A stretch of DNA of 64,000 nt from Rubrimonas sp. (GCA_036770645.1 DAIPIU010000002.1:4076-68075); one strand, 5' to 3'. Counted from the first letter of the stretch, positions 50,274 through 60,863 are shown. Notes: generated from the letters alone by a model not told the origin. A program made the numbers and translations.

Positions 50274-51251
50274 ATGACGATGCGCACACTGAACACCGCC
50301 GGGGCGCCCGGCGAAAGTCCCGCTCAGGCCGGTCGCGTCGCGGATGCCGTCCCCGACAACTGGGTGGACCGCCTCGCCCCGCCATGGTCGCGGCCCTGGC
50401 TGCGGCTGTCGCGCGCCGACCGGCCGGTGGGGACATGGCTGCTGCTGATCCCCTGCTGGCAGAGCCTCGCGCTGGCCGCCGGCCAGGACGGCTGGCGCTG
50501 GGGCGACGCCTGGATCGCGGCCGCCTGCGCCTTGGGCGCGTTCCTGATGCGCGGGGCGGGCTGCACCTGGAACGACGTGACCGACCGCGACATCGACGGG
50601 CGCGTGGCGCGCACGCGGTCGCGGCCGATCCCGTCGGGGCAGGTCACGGCGCGGCAGGCCTTCGCCTGGGGGGTGGCGCAGGCGCTGGCGGCCTTCTGCA
50701 TCCTGCTGACATTCAACGGTTACGCGATCTGGCTGGGCGTGGCCGCGCTGCTGCCGGTGACGATCTACCCCTTCATGAAGCGCTTCACCTGGTGGCCGCA
50801 GCTGTTCCTCGGCATCGCCTTCAACTGGGGCGCGCTGATGGGCTGGGCGGCGCATCAGGGGTCGCTGTCGGCCGCGCCGCTGCTGCTATATCTGGGCGGG
50901 ATCGCCTGGACGCTGCACTACGACACGGTCTACGCGCACCAGGACCGCGAGGACGACGCCCTGATCGGGGTCAAATCGACCGCGCGGCTGTTCGGCGCGG
51001 CGACGCGGCGCTGGCTGTGGGGCTTCGCCGCCGCCGCGGTCGCGGGGCCGCTGGCGGCGTCGGCGCTGGTGTTCGAGGGCTGGGCCCTGTGGTCCATGGT
51101 CATCGTCTGCGGGCTTTACGGCGCGCATCTGTCCCGCCAGATCCTGCGGCTCGACACCGACGACGCCGGCCTGTGCCTGCGGCTGTTCCGGTCGAACCGC
51201 GACGCCGCGCTGATCCTCGCGGCGGGTTTCGCGGCGGCCTCGCTGCTCTGA
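50274..51251 (+). CDS. ubiA: 4-hydroxybenzoate polyprenyltransferase
   Basis: 325 aa with RLSRADRPVGTWLLL, NDVTDRDIDGRVARTRSRPIPSG and YDTVYAHQDREDD. Confidence 0.92.
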   Translation: MTMRTLNTAGAPGESPAQAGRVADAVPDNWVDRLAPPWSRPWLRLSRADRPVGTWLLLIPCWQSLALAAGQDGWRWGDAWIAAACALGAFLMRGAGCTWNDVTDRDIDGRVARTRSRPIPSGQVTARQAFAWGVAQALAAFCILLTFNGYAIWLGVAALLPVTIYPFMKRFTWWPQLFLGIAFNWGALMGWAAHQGSLSAAPLLLYLGGIAWTLHYDTVYAHQDREDDALIGVKSTARLFGAATRRWLWGFAAAAVAGPLAASALVFEGWALWSMVIVCGLYGAHLSRQILRLDTDDAGLCLRLFRSNRDAALILAAGFAAASLL

Positions 51252-51297
51252 GCGCGCGGGCCGGCCGACCGGCCCGCGGCGGATGCGCGCCCGGGCT

Positions 51298-52533
51298 TCA
51301 GTGCCCGCCCGACAGGACCAGCGTGCGCACCGGCGTCAGCAGCGCCTGAATGCGGATGATCGCGGCATGCACGACCGCGGTGGCGTCGACGACATGCAGC
51401 GCCACCGCCTCGAGCGTGCCGGTCTCGGGGTCGGACAGCCGCTCGTGGTTGCTGGTGTAGACGTTCGCGATGCAGCTCGCGCCCGGCGGCAGGCCGTCGA
51501 GCCCGCCGGCGAACATCGGCTCGAGCGTGGTCAGCAGCGTGCCGGCGCTGCCCAGCGCCGAAGCGTCGAGCAGCTGGTCGGCCAGCCGCACCTGGCCCGA
51601 GGCCACTGCCTCCTGCACGTCCACGACGACCATCGGGATGACGCGGAAGGGCAGGGCGGCGCAGGTGATCTCGGCCGCCATGCCGGGGCGCAGCACCTGC
51701 GCCTCGATCTGGCCGAAGCCCGCGAGCACGGACTTGCGCCCGGCGTCGGCGGGCAGCAGCACGCCGGCCGGCCGCATCACGGCGCTCACGAAATCGCCGA
51801 CGCGCAGCGAGAACTGCTCGACCGTGCCCGCGACGCCGGCGGCGACCAGCGTCTGCGCCAGCGCCACCTCGGCCTCCGCCAGCTGCGCCAGCGCGCTGGC
51901 CCGGCGGGCGGGCAGCACGACCGAGATCTCGGCCTCGACCGCGGCCTTCTGCGCCTGCGCGGCCTCGACCGCGCCGGCGCGCGCCGCGGCGGCATTGCGC
52001 AGGCGCTCGAGCTCGCGCGTCGCCACGACGTCGGGGTTGCGCGCGGCGAGCGTCTCGCGCGTCTCGAGTTCGTCGCGCGCCTCCTGCAGCGCGCTCTCGG
52101 CCTGCTGCACGGCGCCCTGCGCCGCGGCCAGCCGACGATCGGCCACGGCGAGATCCGCCTCGATCTCGGCGGCGCGCAGCCGCGCGGTCTCGAGCGCGGC
52201 GCGTTCGGCCGAATCGTCGAGGCGGAACAGCGGCTGGCCCGGCTCGACCCGCGCGCCGTTGACGACCAGCACCTCCGCCACCCGGCCGCCACGTTCGGGC
52301 AGGATCGGCACGGCGCGGAAGAAGCTGCCCGCGCTGACGGTCGAGGGGTGGAAGTAGAAGATCATGGTGATCAGCGACACCGTCAGGATCACGCAGGCGA
52401 TGATCCCCCAGCGCAGTTCGTAGAACACCGAGAACAGCGTGATCTCGCGACCGATCCGCTTGCCCTGCACGAAGCGGCGGTAGAGGTAATCGGGAAAGAT
52501 GGTGACGAGCGAGCAGAGGAAGGCCTCAATCAC
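51298..52533 (-). CDS. HlyD-like membrane-fusion-fold protein of the YibH/YiaV type
   Basis: 411 aa with an N-terminal TM segment, a barrel-sandwich lipoyl-like motif (GGRVAEVLVVNGARVEPGQPLFRLDD), and a long coiled coil. The GTG start overlaps the upstream stop (GTGA). Confidence 0.8.
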   Translation of the reverse strand: MIEAFLCSLVTIFPDYLYRRFVQGKRIGREITLFSVFYELRWGIIACVILTVSLITMIFYFHPSTVSAGSFFRAVPILPERGGRVAEVLVVNGARVEPGQPLFRLDDSAERAALETARLRAAEIEADLAVADRRLAAAQGAVQQAESALQEARDELETRETLAARNPDVVATRELERLRNAAAARAGAVEAAQAQKAAVEAEISVVLPARRASALAQLAEAEVALAQTLVAAGVAGTVEQFSLRVGDFVSAVMRPAGVLLPADAGRKSVLAGFGQIEAQVLRPGMAAEITCAALPFRVIPMVVVDVQEAVASGQVRLADQLLDASALGSAGTLLTTLEPMFAGGLDGLPPGASCIANVYTSNHERLSDPETGTLEAVALHVVDATAVVHAAIIRIQALLTPVRTLVLSGGH

Positions 52534-52916
52534 GGCTCGGCCCCCCCGGCGGGCCGGTCCTGTCCGGGTTCGCCGCGGCCCGCGATGCGCTCCAGCGCAT
52601 CGACCGCCCTTCGCGCCGGGCCCGTGATGTCGGGCAGCTCGACGATGGCGAGGATCAGGGCGGCGACCCAGAACAGGTTCTGGTGGGTCACCAGCGCCAG
52701 CAGGCCCAGCACCGCGATCAGCTCGAACTGCGCGCGGTGGCGGCGATGCGCCATGCGTTCGGGCAGCGAATGCAGGGTCAGGTAGAACACGCCCGCGCCC
52801 AGCACGCCCAGAACCAGCAGCAGCGCCATCGCGGTCATCAGCGTGTCGCCCTCGCCCGGCGGGGTGATGAAGGGCGGCAGATGGTGCGGCGCGAGGGGGT
52901 GCGGCTCGCCGGCCAT
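52530..52916 (-). CDS. Small inner-membrane protein, DUF3302 (YibI/YiaW)-like
   Basis: LLVLGVLGAGVFYLTLHSLPERMAHRRHRAQFELIAVLGLLALVTHQNLFWVAALI resembles the DUF3302 pattern as I recall it. The start is uncertain (52916, 52838 or 52829). Confidence 0.6.
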   Translation of the reverse strand: MAGEPHPLAPHHLPPFITPPGEGDTLMTAMALLLVLGVLGAGVFYLTLHSLPERMAHRRHRAQFELIAVLGLLALVTHQNLFWVAALILAIVELPDITGPARRAVDALERIAGRGEPGQDRPAGGAEP

Positions 52917-53227
52917 GGCGTCGTCTCCGAACGGCGCGGCGGGCGGCCCGCCGCAATCGCGCGGACAATTCCACGGGATCGCCGCGAACGCCATCGCCGC
53001 GACGATCCGCGCGCCCGCGGACGTCGCGCTGCGACCCGATTGCGACGGCATGCCCCGGGCCGACGGTGCGCCGATGGCGCGCCGCGTCGGGCCCCGGCGG
53101 CGGCGCGATCCCTCGGGTCGCCGGCGCGCAGGTCTTGCGTCCCGCTGTCGCATCCGGCGCGGTTCCGGGTCTATGCTGCGCGACCGACCCGGCCGCCAGA
53201 GCCGGGCGCGCAGGGAGGACCGGAAGG

Positions 53228-55135
53228 ATGGGCGCAGCGGCGCGACACATCGACGAGATCGAGCGGGTGGCCGCCGGGGCCGACAGCGTCCGGGACCTGG
53301 CGGTGGTGGAAAGCTGGCGGCGCTGCATCGACCGCCACCGGCTCGACCCCGCCCGCCCGAGTCCGGCCTACATCGTGCCGGAGACGCGGCTGCGCGAGCA
53401 CCGCGAGCAGTACGAGCGCCTGATCGCCATCGCCCGCTCCGGCCTGCAGAGCCTGTTCCGGCAGGTGGCCGGACAGAACTATGTCCTGCTGCTGGCCGAC
53501 CGGCAGGGCGTGACGGTGGATTTCTTCGGCGACCCGGCCTTCGAGGACGAACTGCGCGCGGCAGGCCTCTATCTGGGCGCCGAGTGGTCGGAGCCGCGCG
53601 CCGGCACCTGCGGCGTGGGCGCCTGCATCGAATCGGGCGAGGCGCTGACCATCCACCAGTCCGACCATTTCGACCTGACGCACACGCCGCTCAGCTGCAC
53701 CGCCGCGCCGATCTACGACACGGACGGGGCGCTGACGGCGGTGCTCGACATCTCGCTGCTGCGCTCGCCGCAGCCCAAGATCAGCCAGCGTCTGGCGCTG
53801 CATCTGGTGGGCGCGGCGGCGCGGCGCATCGAGCTGGCCAACCTGATGGCGACCATGCGCACCGACTGGGTGCTGCGGCTGGCCCATTCGCCCGAGTTCC
53901 TCGACGTGGACCCCGAGGCGGCCGTGGCGCTCGACGCGGCGGGCCGGGTGATCGGCATGACCCATGGCGCGGCGCGGATGATGGCGCGCGCCGCGGGGAC
54001 CGACTGGCGGCGGCCCGAGACGCTGCTGGGCCGGCCGGTGTCGCAGTTCTTCGAGCTGTCGGTGGACGACCTGCCGTCGCTGACCCGCTGCCGCCCGGCC
54101 GAGGAACGGGTGGCGGTGCTGCGCGACGGGGCGGGCCTGTTCGCCCACGCCATCGCGCCCGCCCCTGCGCCGACGCGCGCGCGTGGCGGACGCGGCGGGC
54201 GAGGCGGGCAAGCGGGGCAGGGCGGGCGCGACGCCATCCCCGCCCCGCTGCGCGCCCTGAGCGGCGAGGATCCGGCCATGCGGACGCTGCAGGCGCAGGC
54301 CGCGCGCCTTGCGCCCGGCCCCCTGCCCATCCTGCTGCGCGGCGAGACCGGCGCCGGCAAGGAGCGGCTGGCCCGCGCCATCCACGCGGCGCGGCCGGAG
54401 GGCGGGCCCTTCGTCGCCGTCAACTGCGCCGCCATCCCGGAGGCGCTGATCGAGGGCGAGCTGTTCGGCCATGCGCCGGGCGCCTTCACCGGCGCGCTGT
54501 CGCGCGGGCGGCGCGGCCTGATCGAGGAGGCGGATGGCGGGGTGCTGTTCCTCGACGAGATCGGGGACATGCCGCTGGCGCTGCAGGCGCGCCTGCTGCG
54601 CGCGCTGTCGGAGGGCGAGGTGACGCCGGTCGGCGGCGCGCGGCCGCGCCGCGTGCGGCTGAAGGTGCTCTCGGCCTCGCACCGCGACCTCGCCGCGCTG
54701 GTGCGCGCGGGCCGCTTCCGCGAGGACCTGTTCTTCCGCCTCGCCGCCGCCACGCTCAGCCTGCCGCCGCTGCGCGAGCGCGAGGATTTCGACTGGCTGG
54801 TGGACCGGCTGCTGGCCGACCGCGCGCCGGAGGGCGGACCCCGCCCCGCCATCGGCCCCGCCGCGCGCCTTGCGCTGTCGCGGCGGCGCTGGCCGGGCAA
54901 CCTGCGCGAGCTGTCGAATGCGCTCGCCGTCGCCGCGACGCTGGCGGACGGCGCCGCCATCGCGCCCGAGCACCTGCCGGCGCCGGCCTTCCCCGAGCCG
55001 GCGGCGCCCGCCGACCTGCGCGCGACGCTCGACGCCTGCGGCTGGAACGTCAGCGCGGCGGCCCGGACGCTGGGGGTGGACCGCACCACCGTCCACCGCC
55101 GGATGCGCCGCGAGGGCGTGACCGCACGGCGCTGA
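53228..55135 (+). CDS. Sigma-54-dependent transcriptional activator, AcoR type (GAF sensor - AAA+ - Fis HTH)
   Basis: 635 aa with an AcoR-like N-terminus (VESWRRCI), Walker A GETGAGKE, GAFTGA sigma-54 contact loop, LFLDEIGDM, RELSN, and a C-terminal HTH (AARTLGVDRTTVHRRM). GGAAGGA SD lies upstream. Confidence 0.9.
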   Translation: MGAAARHIDEIERVAAGADSVRDLAVVESWRRCIDRHRLDPARPSPAYIVPETRLREHREQYERLIAIARSGLQSLFRQVAGQNYVLLLADRQGVTVDFFGDPAFEDELRAAGLYLGAEWSEPRAGTCGVGACIESGEALTIHQSDHFDLTHTPLSCTAAPIYDTDGALTAVLDISLLRSPQPKISQRLALHLVGAAARRIELANLMATMRTDWVLRLAHSPEFLDVDPEAAVALDAAGRVIGMTHGAARMMARAAGTDWRRPETLLGRPVSQFFELSVDDLPSLTRCRPAEERVAVLRDGAGLFAHAIAPAPAPTRARGGRGGRGGQAGQGGRDAIPAPLRALSGEDPAMRTLQAQAARLAPGPLPILLRGETGAGKERLARAIHAARPEGGPFVAVNCAAIPEALIEGELFGHAPGAFTGALSRGRRGLIEEADGGVLFLDEIGDMPLALQARLLRALSEGEVTPVGGARPRRVRLKVLSASHRDLAALVRAGRFREDLFFRLAAATLSLPPLREREDFDWLVDRLLADRAPEGGPRPAIGPAARLALSRRRWPGNLRELSNALAVAATLADGAAIAPEHLPAPAFPEPAAPADLRATLDACGWNVSAAARTLGVDRTTVHRRMRREGVTARR

Positions 55136-55157
55136 GACCCGCGCGCGGCGGCGCCCC

Positions 55158-55195
55158 CCTGTGGCGGCGCCGCGCTTGGCCTGTGGCGCCGCCAC
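55158..55195. promoter_or_regulatory. Candidate enhancer (UAS) for the AcoR-type activator
   Basis: Direct repeat CCTGTGGCG at 55158 and 55180, 22 nt apart. The inverted pair GTGGCGGCGCC (55161-55171) / GGCGCCGCCAC (55185-55195) is centred ~75 nt upstream of the -24 element. Confidence 0.3.
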
Positions 55196-55250
55196 GGGCC
55201 GGGCGTCGGGGCGCGGCCGCAAGCCCATGGATCTGCTTGCCCGCGTGATG

Positions 55251-55265
55251 TGGCACGGCCTTTGC
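55251..55265 (+). promoter_or_regulatory. Sigma-54 (-24/-12) promoter
   Basis: TGGCAC-GGCCT-TTGC matches the TGGCAC-N5-TTGC consensus exactly. It lies 72 nt upstream of the monooxygenase ATG and directly downstream of a sigma-54 activator gene. Confidence 0.7.
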
Positions 55266-55336
55266 GATGCACCTGATGCAACCGAACGGACCGCGGCGAC
55301 GCAACCGCCGCGGCCGCCACCAAGGGGAGGACATCC

Positions 55337-57136
55337 ATGCTCGACATGACGCCGCAGGCGCGCGTCCAGCACCTGCTCACCACGCTCGGCGAGGCGCTGG
55401 AGGCAGGCGACATCGACCGCGCCGTTTCGCTGTTCGAGCCGGGCGGCTACTGGCGCGACCTCGTGAGCTTCACATGGAACATCAGGACCATGGAGGGCCG
55501 GGACGCCATCCGCGCCATGCTGGAGGCCCAGCTTCCCGCGGTGCGGCCCTCGGCCTGGACGCTGGACCCCAAGGGCGGCGCCTCGGAGGAGGGCGGGGTT
55601 GCGACCGGCTGGTTCGGCTTCGAGACCGCCGTCTCGCGCGGCTATGGGCTGGTGCGCATCCGCGACGGCAGGATCTGGACGCTGCTCACCTCGATGGTCG
55701 AGCTGAAGGGCCATGAGGAGCCGCTCGGCTTCGACCGCCCGCTTGGGGCTAAGCACGGCGCGGGCAAGCATCGCCCGAGCTGGAAGGAGGAGCGCGAGGA
55801 GGAGGCGCGCACCCTCGGCCACACCACCCAGCCCTATGTCGTCATCATCGGCGGCGGGCAGGGCGGCATCGCGCTGGGGGCCCGGCTGCGCCAGCTCGGC
55901 GTGCCGGCCATCATCGTCGAGAAGAACGCCCGTCCCGGCGACAGCTGGCGCAACCGCTACAAGTCGCTCTGCCTGCACGACCCGGTCTGGTACGACCACC
56001 TGCCCTATCTGCCCTTCCCGCCGAACTGGCCGGTGTTCTCGCCGAAGGACAAGCTCGGCGACTGGCTGGAGATGTACGCCAAGGTCATGGAGCTGAACTA
56101 CTGGGGCTCCACCACCGCCAGGTCGGCGCAATACGACGAGGCCGCCGGGGAATGGACCGTCGTCGTCGAGCGCGACGGCCGCGAGATCGCGCTGCGCCCG
56201 AAGCACCTGGTGTTCGCCACCGGCATGTCGGGCAAGGCGAACCTGCCGAGCTTCCCCGGCATGGAGAGGTTCAGGGGGGACCAGCACCATTCCTCCAGGC
56301 ACCCCGGCCCCGATCCCTATGTCGGCAAGAAGGCCGTGGTGATCGGCTCCAACAACTCTGCCCACGACATCTGCGCCGCGCTCTGGGAGAATGACGTCGA
56401 CGTGACCATGGTGCAGCGGTCGAGCACCCACATCGTGCGGTCGGACACGCTGATGGAGATCGGCCTCGGCGCGCTGTATTCCGAACAGGCGGTGGCCAAC
56501 GGCATCGACCATCACAGGGCCGACCTGATCTTCGCCTCGGTGCCCTACGCCATCCTGCACGAGTTCCAGATCCCGCTCTACGCCCAGATGAGGGAGCGCG
56601 ACGCCGAGTTCTATGCGGGGCTGGAGAAGGCCGGGTTCTGGCTGGACTGGGGGGCGGACGGGTCGGGCCTGTTCATGAAGTACCTGCGCCGCGGCTCGGG
56701 CTACTACATCGACATCGGCGCGAGCCAGCTGATCATCGACGGCAAGATCAGGCTGAAGCGGGGCCAGGTCGAGGAGATCACCGAGACGGGCGTGAAGCTC
56801 GACACCGGCGAGGAACTGCCGGCCGACGTGATCGTCTACGCCACCGGCTACGGCTCGATGAACGGCTGGGTGGCGGATCTGGTCAGCCAGGAGGTGGCGG
56901 ACAGGGTGGGCAAGGTCTGGGGCCTCGGCTCGGGCACGCCCAAGGACCCCGGCCCCTGGGAGGGCGAGCAGCGCAACATGTGGAAGCCGACGCAGCAGGA
57001 GGCGCTGTGGTTCCATGGCGGCAACCTGCACCAGTCGCGCCACTACTCGCAGTTCCTGTCGCTGCAGCTGAAGGCGCGGATGGAGGGCATCCCGACGCCG
57101 GTCTGGGGGCTTCAGGCGGTGCACCACAAGGGCTGA
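55337..57136 (+). CDS. NTF2/SnoaL-like domain fused to a flavin-containing (Baeyer-Villiger-type) monooxygenase
   Basis: 599 aa. The N-terminal ~130 aa look NTF2-like. This is followed by the FAD motif VVIIGGGQGGIALG, the FATG-like LVFATGMSG, and a second dinucleotide motif AVVIGSNNSAHD. Confidence 0.85.
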   Translation: MLDMTPQARVQHLLTTLGEALEAGDIDRAVSLFEPGGYWRDLVSFTWNIRTMEGRDAIRAMLEAQLPAVRPSAWTLDPKGGASEEGGVATGWFGFETAVSRGYGLVRIRDGRIWTLLTSMVELKGHEEPLGFDRPLGAKHGAGKHRPSWKEEREEEARTLGHTTQPYVVIIGGGQGGIALGARLRQLGVPAIIVEKNARPGDSWRNRYKSLCLHDPVWYDHLPYLPFPPNWPVFSPKDKLGDWLEMYAKVMELNYWGSTTARSAQYDEAAGEWTVVVERDGREIALRPKHLVFATGMSGKANLPSFPGMERFRGDQHHSSRHPGPDPYVGKKAVVIGSNNSAHDICAALWENDVDVTMVQRSSTHIVRSDTLMEIGLGALYSEQAVANGIDHHRADLIFASVPYAILHEFQIPLYAQMRERDAEFYAGLEKAGFWLDWGADGSGLFMKYLRRGSGYYIDIGASQLIIDGKIRLKRGQVEEITETGVKLDTGEELPADVIVYATGYGSMNGWVADLVSQEVADRVGKVWGLGSGTPKDPGPWEGEQRNMWKPTQQEALWFHGGNLHQSRHYSQFLSLQLKARMEGIPTPVWGLQAVHHKG

Positions 57137-57319
57137 GCCCCCCGGGCCGGGCGGGCGGGGGCGCGGGGGGCCGGGCGGCCCGGTCCCCGCGTCGCGTGCC
57201 GCCCCAAGCGCCGGGGGGGGGGCGCGACCGGCCGCGTCCGGGCGCGGCTCGCGGGGCGGATCGGGCATGCCGACCCAGGGCGGTTCGCGTCGCGGAGCGC
57301 CGCCGCCGCCGGCCCGGTC

Positions 57320-58113
57320 TCAGAACGGGAAAGGCCCCTGCGCGGGGTCGAGCAGGCAGGTCTGGCTCGTCAGCCGCCCGTAGGCCCATCGGTGCACGAG
57401 CGCGGCGCCAGGCTCGAGGTCGAAGCACGCCGGCGCGCCGGGGCGCAGGTCGAGCCGCACGGCATGCGAGGGGGCGGGCGCGATCATCGCCGGCCTGCCC
57501 GCCCAGACCGTCGTGAAGGCCCGGTGGACATGGCCGCACGCGACCAGCCGGATCGCGGGGCTGCCGGCGACCGCCGCCTCGAGCGCGCCGGGGTCGAGCA
57601 GCCGCTGCGCGTCCATGAAGCCGATGCCGGTCTCGAAGGGCGGGTGATGCAGGAACAGGATCGCGGGCCGGTCCGACGCCGTCCGCGCCGCGACCCAGCG
57701 GGCCTGCGCCGCGCTCGCCTGCCCGTGACTGGCGCCCGGTGTCGCGGTGTCGAGGCCCACCAGCCGCAGCGCCCCGACATCGGCGCAGAAATCGATAGTC
57801 TCGGCTTCCGCCAGCCCGCCGAAGGCGTCGCGGAACGGTCCCCGCGCGTCGTGATTGCCGGGGATGGCGAGAAGGGCCGCGCCGGTGGCGGCGGTCGCCT
57901 CGGCCATGATGGCGCGGAACAGGGCATAGGCCTCCGGCTCGCCGCGGTCGGCGATGTCGCCGGTCACGACGATCGCGTCGATGCCGCCGAGCCGCGGGGC
58001 CAGCGCGATCAGGCCCGCCGCGGCGCGCCGCAGCCCCGCCTGCGTGTCGACGCGGCCGTAGGCCAGCGCGCCGCCGGCCAGCAGATGGGTGTCGGAAAGC
58101 TGCACGACGGTCG

Positions 58114-58117
<4 letters not shown>
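57320..58117 (-). CDS. Metallophosphoesterase-type phosphodiesterase (GpdQ/CpdA-like)
   Basis: 265 aa with QLSDTHL, VVTGDIADRG, GNHD, LHHPP and GHVH metallophosphatase motifs. The GTG start overlaps the ATPase stop (GTGA), with GAGGAG SD upstream. Confidence 0.85.
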
Positions 58118-59162
<1,045 letters not shown>

Positions 59163-59166
<4 letters not shown>

Positions 59167-59975
59167 CGGGCCGGCCCCTTCGACTGCCCCTGCGCCGGCC
59201 CCTGGACGCGGGCCGCGGCCCACTGCATCGCCACCAGCAGCGGCAGCACCATCACGAAGAACACCAGCGTGTAGGCCGAGGCGATCTCGAGCCGCATCGA
59301 GGCGTAGCTGTCGGCCAGCCCGACCGGCAGCGTCTTGGTCAGCGGCGTGTGCAGCATCCAGGTCAGGTTGAACTCGCCGACCGACAGGGTCACGACCGTC
59401 AGCGCGCCCGCGAGGATGCCCGGCGCGGCATTCGGCACGGCGATGTCGATGAAGCGCCGCCAGGGCGGGGCGCCCAGCGCCGCCGCGGCCTCCTCCAGCT
59501 TCGGCAGGTCGATGGCGGCGAACACCGCAAGCACCGAGCGGATCATGAAGGGCAGCGTGTAGAGGACATGGCCGACCAGGATGAACCACTCGGAGATGCG
59601 GAACCCCCGCCAGGTTCCGTAGAGCTGCAGCAGCGCCAGCGCCAGCGCGAGGCCGGGCACGGCCAGCGGCAGCGACACCACCTCCTCGACCGCGCGGGAC
59701 AGGCCGCGCGGCGCGCGCGCCAGCGCATAGGCGGCCGGCACGCCGATCAGCAGCGCCGCCGCCAGCGCGCCCAGCGCGATGCGCATCGAGCGCCAGACCG
59801 TCGGCGCGTAGAGTTCCCAGACCTGCGCCACCCAGGCGAGGGTCAGGCCCGACGACAGCCCGCGGAAATAGTTCGCCGTCACGCCCGTGACCGCCGACAG
59901 GACCGCGGGCAGCACGAGGAAGGCGACCGCGAGCGCCGTGACGGCGATCTGGAGGCCGAGCGCGGCGGCGCGCAC
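59163..59975 (-). CDS. ABC transporter permease (PotC-like)
   Basis: 270 aa with 6 TM helices and the EAA loop LEEAAAALGAPPWRRFIDIAVP. Confidence 0.9.
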
Positions 59976-59979
59976 CGCC

Positions 59980-60798
59980 TCAGCCCCCCGCCGCCACCGC
60001 CGCGCCCGCGAAGGAGCGGGCGAGAAACAGCAGCGCCCAGGTCACGAGCCCCAGCACGACCGAAAGCGCCGCGGCGGTGGCGATGTTCGCCGCCAGCGTG
60101 AACTCGGTGTAGATCACCATCGGCAGCACGTCGATGTTGGTCGCCAGCGTGAAGGCGGTGCCGAAGGCGCCCATCGCGGTGGCGAAGGCGACGGCGCCCG
60201 AGGCGACCAGCGCCGGCGCCAGCCCCGGCAGCGTGACGTCGCGCAGCACCGCCATCGGCCCGGCGCCGAGGCTGCGCGCGGCCTCGTGCAGCGCGGGGTC
60301 CAGCTTCTCGGCCGCGGCCATCACCGTCAGCAGCACGCGCGGGATCGAGAAGTACAGATAGCCGAAGAACAGTCCCGTGATCGAATAGGCGAACACGAGG
60401 CGGGCGTCGAACAGGTCGCGCGCCAGCGCGTTCATCAGCCCCTGCCGCCCGCCCAGCAGGATGATCATGAAGCCCACCACCACGCCGGGGAACGCCAGCG
60501 GAAAGGTCAGCAGCCCGATCAGGACGCTGCGCCCGGCAAAGCGCCGCCGCACGAGGAACAGCGCCGCCGTGGTGGCGACGGCGAGCGCGGCGAGGCTGAC
60601 AAGCGCCGAGACGGCGACGGTCTGGCCGAGCGAGCGCAGGTAGCGCGGGTTCGACAGGGCCTCGATGTAGAGGCTCCAGCCCGACGGCCCCTCCGCCGAC
60701 GCCAGCACCAGCCGCGACAGCGGCAGCAGCAGGAAGGCCGCCGCGAAGATCGCGAGCGGCAGCGCGGCGAGCAGGGCGAAGCGGTCGGCGGGGCGCAT
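59980..60798 (-). CDS. ABC transporter permease (PotB-like)
   Basis: 272 aa with the EAA loop LHEAARSLGAGPMAVLRDVTLP. The track ORF was trimmed to MRPADRFALL. Confidence 0.9.
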   Translation of the reverse strand: MRPADRFALLAALPLAIFAAAFLLLPLSRLVLASAEGPSGWSLYIEALSNPRYLRSLGQTVAVSALVSLAALAVATTAALFLVRRRFAGRSVLIGLLTFPLAFPGVVVGFMIILLGGRQGLMNALARDLFDARLVFAYSITGLFFGYLYFSIPRVLLTVMAAAEKLDPALHEAARSLGAGPMAVLRDVTLPGLAPALVASGAVAFATAMGAFGTAFTLATNIDVLPMVIYTEFTLAANIATAAALSVVLGLVTWALLFLARSFAGAAVAAGG

Positions 60799-60863
60799 GG
60801 GCGACGGTCCGTCGATGGGCCGCGGCCCCTCCCGGTCGGGGGGCCGCGGGCAGGCATGCGGGG

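Noticed and set aside
50262-50274. The 11-bp spacing between the divergent rsmE and ubiA start codons as a special regulatory arrangement
   Set aside because: It is more likely an ordinary compact divergent pair with promoters inside the neighbouring coding regions. An rsmE start a few codons further downstream would widen the spacer only slightly. No distinctive motif is present.
51298-52533. The HlyD-like protein as part of a type I secretion or tripartite efflux system
   Set aside because: No ABC, MFS or RND pump or outer-membrane factor gene is adjacent. The neighbours are ubiA (convergent) and a small DUF3302-like protein, which fits the YibH/YiaV-type orphan class instead.
57213-57222. 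The G10 homopolymer as a phase-variation switch
   Set aside because: It lies in a convergent intergenic spacer, downstream of both flanking genes. Length changes would therefore not shift a reading frame or an obvious promoter spacing.
53171-57268. A 1365-aa minus-strand ORF
   Set aside because: It is antisense to the sigma-54 activator and the monooxygenase, both of which have clear motifs. Its product is low-complexity and Arg-rich, a GC-driven artefact.
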